A stretch of 20,000 bases of DNA from Elsinoe ampelina (lineage: Eukaryota), in NCBI GenBank assembly GCA_010093995.1, contig ML992505.1:724718-744717 (forward strand). The letters run 5' to 3'. Positions within the stretch are counted from its first letter, which is position 1; each line of letters opens with the position of its first letter. The notes under the pieces were generated by a model. That model saw only the letters and a list, made by a program, of their open reading frames with translations. It did no database searches and was not told where the DNA came from. Below are positions 1-8,796 of this stretch, one piece after another. The position numbers and the translations under genes were made by a program.

Positions 1-224
1 TGGCAAGAAGTGCGTACCAAGCGGCACCTCCGGGATTGTCTGGGGTCAGGCGCACGCTTTAGCAGGTTGAAAGACGGGAAGATGATCTTTTAGGCCGCTG
101 TGCAGGTATCCGAAAGTATCCATGGCCATGCAAAGTATTGAAAGGATAGATGGTGCTAGATGCAGGATGAGGTCGTGGATGCCCAAAGGCGAGGAGAAGG
201 CTGTCTGCGGCCTCGTCGATCTCC

Positions 225-575
225 GATTGGCTGGCGTTTCTTCGATGTCACTCAGCCGGAGAGTTTGAGCAATCGCGGCTGCGACTAAATCATGCAATGT
301 TGATCTTACTACTGTGCTCTCTCTCTCAGTGATCATTTCATGATTGAAATGTGTGAATCAGACCACGAGCAGTCAGTCGTGTCATCACGTGTGGCTTCGT
401 CCATGCAGCGAGATGCTCTGATCCTGACCTGCAAGCAACCATTGGATACCCGCCCTGCATTTCTTCCTTCGTCATTGGGCATTGAAGGTATTTAACCGTG
501 ACACAATTCTATGCGCTGGCAAATCACCCTTCGATCGCATCGATTTACCGCCCGAAAAGGCGGTCATTGGGCATT
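225..575 (-). promoter_or_regulatory. Cluster of CCAAT boxes upstream of HAP3
   Basis: ATTGG (CCAAT on the - strand) occurs at 226-230 (inside GATTGGCT = AGCCAATC, the NF-Y consensus), 441-445, 474-478 and 566-570. The last two lie in an exact 13-bp direct repeat, GTCATTGGGCATT (471-483, 563-575). Confidence 0.35.
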
Positions 576-1021
576 CAGCTCGCAAACTCTCGTGGTTCCT
601 GCATGGGCTTGGCGAGCAGAAGCACCCCACGCCCGCCATCCCAACTCAGTCGCGTCGCTGGAATTTGGGACGCCAGCTGAATGATTCGAGCTTTCACAAT
701 CCACCGCACTGCTATAGACAATCTCAAGAGAAAGACAGCAAGATCGGCATAGACAGCGTACTCTGTCAAGACTGAAAATCAGCAATATCCCTACCCCAGC
801 CCCGCCGAACGACGCGTTACACCGCTTCTTCAACCCACGTCAATCAAGAACCTCGCTAGTACCTTGCGTCAGTTGCCCGGCTCCGTAGTCGGCAGCCCAT
901 TGCTGCATCCGCATCGTAGCCCGATCAGAAAAAACAGCACGACTCGACTGCCAGCGCATCAATTACGAAGGAGCCGCAGCCAAGGATCCACCACCCATAC
1001 CGCTCTCGTCAACATCATATC

Positions 1022-2547
1022 ATGTCTCAGAGCCCAAGGCCGGAAGGAGACGATGAAAAGCAGGACAAGTCCCCAGATACTGAGGGAAAGGAGGAAGGAC
1101 AACAAGAGATGTCGCATGACTACCCACCAGAATATGAGGTAGATTCATCTCTGCTTGCTCTCAAGGTACACATGCTGACATGAGCAGGTCAAGGAGCAAG
1201 ATCGTTGGTTACCCATAGCGAATGGTAAGTCTTGATTCCACATGTCCCCGTCATTGTGTTGCACAAGGGGGCGCGAATACGAAGAATCCCTTGGTCGACC
1301 GCATCACGAAGCGCCGGCAGCTGCTCAACATGGGGCGGCATCATCCCTCGACTCGAGCCTGGACGCCCGCTATTTCATCTCGCCAGCCACACCTCTTCTT
1401 CCCCGTCGAATCAGAGACATATCACACTCTTCGTCGGGATCAATCATTTTTCTTCTATCAGTGATCTTCAAGGCACGCAACATCTCGACTCGCGGATCTC
1501 TAGCACAGACCACTGTTCACCATCATGTCAAGTGGCCCAGGAGGTTCTTTCATGCCGGTATTTCATAGCAAGCCCACGTCGGCACCCGAGGTGACTGCCG
1601 GCATGCGACTTCCACCAATACAAGCTCCGCCGCGATATCCCAGCCTCAGCTACACCTATTCGTCCGCGTCCACCCAATCGCCATCTTCACACGCCTCCCC
1701 GCATACGCCTTACAGCGCTCCCTCTCCAGCGTTTTCCCATGCGACCACGACGACCGCTTTACCTGCCCAGAGCACTCCGGCAGCAGCATCCGCATCCAGG
1801 GCGTCCTCGTTCACCGCCAAGGCGTCATCGTCGGGATCCGACACCTCCTCCCGCGGTGCCTCAACCTCTGCCGCAATTCGCATCGACACCCCAGGAATTT
1901 CCGCCGCCACAAGACGCACGCTCAACAATTCTGACGCATGGATTGCTAACTATGCACCAGTCGCTCGATTGATGAAGACTGCTCTTCCTGAGAACGCAAA
2001 GGTATGTTGGCTCGATCTTCCAACAGACTTGCTCTTCGATCTCGGAGCTTCGGCAACGATGAAACAACTGCTGACATGCATCAGATTGCCAAAGAAGCAA
2101 AAGAGTGCCTGCAAGAATGTGTTAGCGAATTCATCTCCTTCATCACGAGCGAAGGTGCGTCGTCAGAAGGCAAGCATTCTTCTCCACAGCTAATGCAACG
2201 CAGCCGCCGAGAAGTGCCAGCAAGAGAAGCGCAAGACCGTGAACGGAGAAGACATCATCTTCGCCATGACCTCCCTCGGTTTCGAAAACTATAGTGAAGC
2301 CCTCAAGATCTACCTCAGCCGCTACCGCGAAGTGCGCCCCTCCTCCCACGTCTCCGAACCCTACTGACCCATCCAGACCCTCGTAGCCCGCGGCGACCAG
2401 AAAGCAGGAGCAGGCGGACAAGGCGGCAACGCATCCGGCGGCGAGTACGACACCTCCAACCAAGACATCATGGGCGGCGCCATGGACAACACCCAGCAAG
2501 GCGACTACCCCTACGGTGTCCCCGGCGCGGCTGGCGATTTCCAGTAG
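1022..2547 (+). CDS. HAP3: CCAAT-binding complex subunit Hap3/HapC (NF-YB histone-fold protein), 187 aa, 6 exons
   Basis: Exons 1022-1138, 1188-1224, 1961-2001, 2085-2154, 2204-2331 and 2377-2547 join through GT-AG introns with branch sites. They give MSQSPRPEG...[101 protein letters not shown]..., the canonical NF-YB/Hap3 core. Confidence 0.96.
1525..1960 (+). other. Candidate alternative first coding exon of HAP3 inside intron 2
   Basis: ATG at 1525 (context CCATCATG, A at -3) opens a stop-free 145-codon S/T/A/P-rich frame with an LPPI motif (1609-1620). It reads straight into exon 3 in frame (...[26 protein letters not shown]). Confidence 0.5.
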
Positions 2548-3339
2548 GACTCCAGAGTGCCTTCGCCGCTGCCGATGCCCAGGAGTGCTGAGCAGATACT
2601 ACGGGACTGGATCTCGACGTGGCAGGATCGAGTGGCGAGAGAGACGGCGTTGGAGGAGAAGGAGGGAGGTGGCCTGCTTGGAGAGCTGGGGGAGGCGAGC
2701 AGCACTTGAGTGTGTCGTGCTGAGGTCGCCGGTGATGTGGAATGTGGTTACGAGAAGCACGATACGCGAGGGGATGATGTGTGGGGGGCTGTAATGGGAG
2801 GTATTCTGATTCTTGCGCATACTTTCCTCGGACGATCCGCTGCTGTACGATAATGATGTTGAAAATGAAACTGTGATTGACCACGGGATGCGCTTTGTAC
2901 AGTCATCTTTCATCCTTTCATCAATGCATGACAATGGTGGGGACGATATTTAGGGATGGATATGGGGATGCAGTGCAGTGTTGCATTTGATTTATCTAGT
3001 AGCTTTCTGGGAATGTTGTGATGGGTTTGTGAGTCGCGTGTGTTGGGGACGAAGTCATGATTGATGGCTGGTCGCGCCATGTCGTTATGTTGCTAGATCT
3101 GCATGTGCTATTGACACGCTGGTATCATGCTGTGATGGACTCGTGGGAACGTGGTGCGGAGCGTGCTGGGAGACTCGTGCTATTGTGCTTGTGGTGTGCA
3201 AGTCGTGCTGCGAGATTGTCGATGCTGGGTATGCATTGCGGAAGATGGGTCTTTCGAAAGCTTGAGCACGAAGCTCTTGTGATGCGAGAGCGTTTCCGCA
3301 GTGTCGTCGATTGGGGGCGTACGTGAGTTGCAAGGCTGT

Positions 3340-3640
3340 CTATTCCTTCTTTCCGGCGACGGTGGAGAAGCCATGGTGGCCAGTCTTCTCAGCAAGCTGA
3401 CGCTGTAAGCTCTCAATCTCCTTTGCCTGCTTGACGACCAGCTTGTCCAGCGCCATCATTCTTTCCATCACAGGTGTCTCCTTGGGTGGAGTGAGTGCCT
3501 CGAGAATCGCAAGGTCCTCCTTGAGGTCGGCTGTACGCTTCTTGATGTAATTGCGGATCTTTGAGGATCTCGTCAAACTTGGTGAGTTGCTTGTTGAGAC
3601 CGATGAGCTGATTCGCATATTCCTGCTCGTTGTCCGACAT
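3340..3640 (-). pseudogene. Small coiled-coil protein gene (~96 aa) broken by a frameshift
   Basis: ATG at 3640 (context ACAACAATG) gives MSDNEQEYANQLIGLNKQLTKFDEI. The heptad-like sequence continues in another frame as RNYIKKRTADLKEDLAILEAL...LDKLVVKQAKEIESLQRQLAEK...*, with the stop at 3340-3342. The junction is an imperfect 10-bp tandem duplication at 3551-3570. Confidence 0.55.
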
Positions 3641-4612
3641 TGTTGTTTCGCTTGCGGTCTGCGAATATGCAGCTGGGTAGGCAGGAGAGATTTTATGATG
3701 GCTTTGCAGGTGGGATGCAGGGCGAAAGTGAGATATTGTGAATGGATGAAGAAAGCAGCGGAGTGGAGAAGAGAACGCACAAGGATGGAACGGGAGCATA
3801 ACGAAGGCTGGACGACGTGAAAGCACGGACGAATTTGGACAAAAGCGGCAATGTGATTTCAGTCCACGTCCATTGTGGTTGACAAACACGATCGTAGTCC
3901 AGCAAACGGCTCAATTGTTCGCGTCGTGAATTGGTGCTTGTCAGGTCGAACAGGTCATGTCGTACATGCACATCAACAACGATCACCGCAACAGTGAAGC
4001 CAGCTCTGCCATGATCCAAGCCAAGGTATAGATACAAGAGTCTCTCTCTCCCTGTATCGACGAATTCTTCATCGCCTTCGCAAGAAGGGACAAGCGCAAC
4101 GAGAAACTAAGATGGTACTCATACTTGCACATTGCATCTTTCCTCGGCGACAGCAACGTACAGAGGGATCACGCATCACTTGACATTTGACAAAGTCGTT
4201 GAAAACACTTGCAGTGGTAGGCGAGCTTAACTCTCATGCATGCGTGGTTGTTGAGAGTGGCGAATCTGGAGTGCTCTCCGAAACATGATCTGTCAGAATA
4301 GGGTTTCGTGCCGGCGCACCTGATGCCGCATGTGCTTCGAGCCACATGACCCTATACATGGTAGCAGTGGGTGTGCTGATGTTGTTGACAGTTGCGGAGG
4401 ACTGCAAGAGGGAGTTTCCACAACGGCAAATCTGTCGAATGCAGGTGGGTGCGACATCAGCTGATGTCAAGACCCCTGAATCAGCGGACTGTGGAGTCTT
4501 ATTATTATTAGAAGCGTTGGCTTTCGAGACTTTCCTTTACCTTGTTTGGCATAGTGAAAAGGGTGGTTGACTTTGTATGAGGTCAAAAATTACCCAGACG
4601 GAAAAGGCAAGT

Positions 4613-4781
4613 CCCCGGATATTCCCGTGCGCGCGTGTGGCGCTTTCCCAAGTTTGCGGGGGTGATGTGACAGAGTTTTGCGGGCAAGCGGGGATTATTT
4701 CAAACCTGTCCTCCTTCATCCACCTCCGGTGGGAGAGTGTCGTATCCAATGATCGGCATGGACACTTCGCAAAGTCTCCAG
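4613..4781. promoter_or_regulatory. Cluster of CreA/Mig1-type SYGGRG carbon-catabolite sites upstream of the glycoside hydrolase
   Basis: SYGGRG matches at 4613-4618 (-), 4656-4661 (+), 4688-4693 (+), 4724-4729 (-) and 4776-4781 (-), plus CCAAT at 4746-4750. All lie 100-270 bp before the ATG. Confidence 0.4.
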
Positions 4782-4878
4782 AATACACGGAAGAATGGCA
4801 CTTGTCCTTCAATAGTACTTATACGTGGTAAGTGCCCGGTGAGTATCACTCTCCCATCTTGGATCTGCCTTCAGCATC

Positions 4879-6922
4879 ATGAAGCTCTCCTCTACCACCC
4901 TAGTGGGCCTTATTGGCCAAGTTGCTCTTGCTGCTCTCGATACACAGGCTCTGGCACGCCAGTACTTTGGCAACGACGCTCCATGGTTCCAGGCTAGGAC
5001 CCCTTTCTTCGAGATCTCAGACAAACAGATTCAAGACGTATACTACTATCGATGGGGACTTTATCGAGCTCATCAACGTGACCTTGGTGCACGCGGCTAC
5101 ATCTCGACCGGTATGTCGCTTGTTATGGTCTCACTAGCGGAACGCTGATTGTGTTGCAGAATTCCTGGATGATGTCAGCTGGCAACTCGAGCCATGGGCA
5201 TCTCTCAACGATGCTACCGGCTTTCACCTCGGAGAGGGACGATGGCTAAAGGATCGTCGCTATGCCCAAGACTACATCAACAACATGTATACCGGCCTGA
5301 ATGATCGACATTTCACGGACTACCTCGCTGACAGTACCTACAATCAATACCTTGTGGATGGCGATCAAGCTGCCCTCACATCCAACTTGAACGCTATGAT
5401 CAATCTGTTCAATCAGTGGAACGACCACCTCGATACTGGCAAGGGCCTCTACTACATTGAGCCTCTGTTGGATGCTACAGAATACACCATTTCCAGCATC
5501 GATGCCAGTGGTGGACAGGACGGCTTCACGGGTGGAGAGGCATTCCGCCCAACCATCAACAGCTACATGTGGGCGAACGCCATTGCTGTCGCCAAGATTG
5601 CAGACCTTGCTGGTCGTTCCGACGTTGCCAATGACTTCCGAGGGCGGGCCAATAACATCAAGTCTCGCTTCGATGCCGATATCTGGAACACCACTCTCCA
5701 GCATTACATCGATCGCCACCAGAAGAGCAACTCATACGTTCAGTATTATCAGCCCATTCGGGGTCGTGAGCTTGCCGGCTACGTCCCTTGGATGTTTGGT
5801 ATGCCCGACAACAGTGACAAGTTCAATGCTGCATGGAAACAACTCACCAACACGAACGAGTTCAGAGGTTCAAGCGGTCTGCGCACGGTTGGCCCAACTT
5901 ACCAGTATTACATGCGCCAGTACAGATACGACGCCCCGACTGGTCTTCGCGAGTGTCAATGGAATGGTCCAGTCTGGCCATACCAGGTCACCCAGGTCCT
6001 TCTAGGTCTCGCCAATGTGCTTAATACATATACCCAGAGTATCGTTAGCAGGGATACCTACCTCGACGAGCTCAGGAGGTACACCAAGATCCACTACTAC
6101 AACAACGTTCTCAACATCCAAGAAGACTACGAACCTGACAAGCCCGGCCCACTTGTTGCCCTTCCTCGCTCCCACCACTACTTCCACTCCGGATACGTTG
6201 ACCTCATCATCTCTGGCCTAGTTGGCATTCGGCCTCGCGCTGACAACACCCTCGAGGTGAATCCCCTCATCTCTGCAAACTCCGACATCACCTATTTCCG
6301 CCTCCAGGACGTTGCCTACCACGGACAGACTATCACCGTCCAGTACGACAAAGATGGCACGCGATACAATCAGGGTGCTGGCCTTCGTGTGGAAGTCAAC
6401 GGAAAGGTTGCGGCCACTTCAGCCACTTTAAGCCGTGTCACCGCCTCCATCGCCCGCAGCAGCCCGCCAGCAATCACCCGCCGTATCGCAAAGTCCACTC
6501 AACTGTACCGCACCGACTTCCCCAAGGGCTCTGCTTCAAGCGGCCAGAACACCGAACGCATTCACGACGCCATCGATGGCCGTGTCTGGTTCTACCCTCA
6601 GTTGCCCAATGGATGGGAGAGCGATGCTACTACCGCCGACTCCACTCAATGGTACAACATTGACTTCGGTTCAGCTACTCAGGTGAGCGGCGCAGAGCTT
6701 GCCTTCTTCACCGACGGCAGCACTTTCGACCTTCCTACTTATTACGACATCTTGAGATACGACGGCAGCAACTGGATCAAGATCTACGGTTTCGGTGAAA
6801 ACTTGATCGCTAACGGCATTGTCAACGTCAGCTGGGATGTCTTGACTACCAACCAGATCAGAGTGCAGTTTGGACAGAAGGCTGGCAAGAAGACGAGGTT
6901 GGTGGAATTCAAGGTCTATTAG
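4879..6922 (+). CDS. Secreted six-hairpin (alpha/alpha)6 glycoside hydrolase, GH142/GH63(MGH1)-like, with a C-terminal F5/8 (CBM32-like) domain, 664 aa
   Basis: Exon 1 4879-5110, intron 5111-5159 (GTATGT...GCTGAT...CAG), exon 2 5160-6922. Signal peptide MKLSSTTLVGLIGQVALA. Motifs PFFEISD..IQDVYYYRW, TEFLDDVSW, EGRWL, DATEYTISS, RPTINSY, RELAGYVPW, CQWNGPVWPY, HYFHSGYVDLIISGLVGIRP. The C-terminus has a discoidin-like pattern (AIDG...W...QWYNIDFG...IRV...LVEFKVY). The exact family is by recollection of motifs. Confidence 0.88.
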
Positions 6923-7074
6923 TTGGTATCCATTAAGCTCGGCCTTGTTCACGGTCTGCCTGAGCTAGCTTCGTTGTATTTAGCCTTAGTATCTCTATCG
7001 GGATTCAGACCATGTTCCGATGACTGTTCTGAATTCTTCCTTGATTGTGAACCTGCCTCGTTGCCTCCTCCAAA

Positions 7075-7453
7075 TCATTTGAATGGCCCTGTCCCTCGAA
7101 ATCCCACCACACAACCGTCGAAATCCGCGTCAGTGGACATTTTCCTGCACCAAGAGCAGTACATCAGGCCGCGGTCGTGCTTGAGAAGAAGAGTGACGAG
7201 GTCGGTATCCTCCTCATGTAGACGGATCTCGTTGGCTGTGCTTTCCTGTTCTGATCAGACGTGATATATCAAGTGCGCTGTGAAAACTCACCTTGAAGCC
7301 GGAAGTGAATAGCTTTTGGAAGTAGCCACTTCTTGTATAAAGCATATGCTTGTGGACTTTCTGGCTGCGGTCACCGTAATGGATGGTGAAGTCGGAGAAG
7401 GTTTCATCCTCTAGAGAGAATTTGAAGCTGTTCGACGTGTTCGGAGAGCTCAC
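7075..7453 (-). pseudogene. Truncated BTB/POZ-domain gene
   Basis: Exon 1 (to 7292) encodes FSDFTIHYGDRSQKVHKHMLYTRSGYFQKLFTSGFK. A 46-nt intron follows (7246-7291, GTGAGT...CTGAT...CAG), then exon 2 ESTANEIRLHEEDTDLVTLLLKH jumps directly to DRGLMYCSWCRK...FK*. There is no in-frame ATG ahead of the domain (GTG at 7453 sits where a start would fit), and the second half of the BTB fold is missing. Confidence 0.72.
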
Positions 7454-7562
7454 AGCGGATGCTTCTCGTGTGGTCTGATGTGAGATCAAGGATGAAGAGG
7501 CGAGGAGACTTGTGTGATGACTTTCATATCACATCCTACCAGAGCCGTCTTTCACACGCCAG

Positions 7563-8609
7563 TCACTTGACCATGGACACCATTCCCTTGATCCCTCTAA
7601 GCTCATCTTCACTTAGCTCGATATCAAAAAGCTCTCGCAGCGCCCGTACTCTATCATCTTCCGTCTTGAACTCTCTTGTCTCCACCGTCTCACCGTACAT
7701 CCTCTTCTTCACGCCCCTATCAAACAGGGCTATCTCGCCTACCACCTCCTGCTCCTTCTCATCGAGGATCTTCCTCAGACAAACCACAGCAAAAGTGAAC
7801 CAGCTTGTCCGACTTGTACTCGTGGAATGGTTCATGATCGCAAAGTCTTCCGGGAAGAACTCTTGCTCCGTGAACGCATAGAACGGCCTGAAATCCCCAC
7901 CTTCTACCATCCTTGCAAACACCCACATCTCGTTGCCTGCGCCTCTTCCTCTGGTAGTCTGGGTGACCTTTTCCCTCGTCAACCTCACAAGCTGTGCACC
8001 TTCACTCGCCTCCCTCGCTCCTCCCTTCCCAGGCATATTCGACACAATCGATCCTTCCTCGACAAACATCGGCCTGCTCGGTCCTCCAGCTCCGAACCCA
8101 ACATCGCAGAGGAAGGTCCCTTCGCCTCCATTTTCCAGTGGTAAGGTCACGAGATTCACCATGTGACTCCAGCCCCCGTACTTGAGTTGATCGTAGGGTA
8201 CTGTTCGGTCATCGCTGCTGACACTTTCATTGATCTTGGCGCCGACAGGATAGACGTCGAAACCAAGCGTGCGTAGAACAGTGAGCACGAGATTGTTGTT
8301 CTCCATGCAGTAGCCTCCGCGGTGACATGTTTCGGGATTCGAGGAGACGATCTTGTTGAATAAGAATGATGGGGAGATGGACACAGTGTGGTGGGGTGAG
8401 TAGTGCAGTGCGAGATTTTCGAAAGGCACAGTGGCTAGCGTGTGTCGTATGATCGCAGCTAGTAGCTCAAGTGACTTGGTCGGGGAGGTCAGTGTGAAAC
8501 CAAGGTCGGGCGAGGCGATGGAGTGGCGGTGTCGGGAGGGAAGGTGGATACGGGTGTAGAAGGCTTGGAGCTGGCTGTCGGTGAAGACAACCGGTGGGAT
8601 GATGGGCAT
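7563..8609 (-). CDS. NAT: Arylamine N-acetyltransferase (N-acyltransferase), 348 aa, intronless
   Basis: NAT motifs VPFENL, RGGYC (catalytic Cys), WSHMV (His), DVGFG (Asp), DFAIMN and LRELFDIEL are present. The first ATG is at 8609 (MPIIPP). Confidence 0.93.
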   Translation of the reverse strand: MPIIPPVVFTDSQLQAFYTRIHLPSRHRHSIASPDLGFTLTSPTKSLELLAAIIRHTLATVPFENLALHYSPHHTVSISPSFLFNKIVSSNPETCHRGGYCMENNNLVLTVLRTLGFDVYPVGAKINESVSSDDRTVPYDQLKYGGWSHMVNLVTLPLENGGEGTFLCDVGFGAGGPSRPMFVEEGSIVSNMPGKGGAREASEGAQLVRLTREKVTQTTRGRGAGNEMWVFARMVEGGDFRPFYAFTEQEFFPEDFAIMNHSTSTSRTSWFTFAVVCLRKILDEKEQEVVGEIALFDRGVKKRMYGETVETREFKTEDDRVRALRELFDIELSEDELRGIKGMVSMVK

Positions 8610-8796
8610 CTTGACTCGGCTTGCGATATGTGCTACAACACGCACTTCATGCTCTAAGCACTTTTGATAATATGGGAGAACCTATAGGTAGCGTGTTGTC
8701 GTCTATCAACACGTGAGGACTCAATTGCCACCCCGACGAAAGAGCAAAAGCTTAACCCGGGCATCCATCACGCCATCCCGCGAAACAAAACCCCCA

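Noticed and set aside
46..336. 96-aa minus-strand ORF at the window start
   Set aside because: No recognisable motif or convincing splice structure. It could belong to a gene leaving the window, but this cannot be supported.
1440..1568. Possible cassette/poison exon after TTTTTCTTCTATCAG in HAP3 intron 2
   Set aside because: No clear CTRAY branch site upstream and no strong donor downstream.
1525..2193. 222-aa ORF as a stand-alone gene
   Set aside because: Its 3' part runs through HAP3 intron 3 and out of frame. Only the portion up to 2001 is meaningful, as a possible alternative HAP3 exon.
3950..4200. Protein-like fragments (DEFFIAFARRDKRNEKLRWYSYLHIASFLG)
   Set aside because: Short, bounded by stops, and with no consistent gene model.
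5246..6952. Antisense and alternate-frame ORFs overlapping the glycoside hydrolase (likewise those over NAT, 11342-11980 and 15664-16634)
   Set aside because: Shadow ORFs expected from the codon bias of the real genes.
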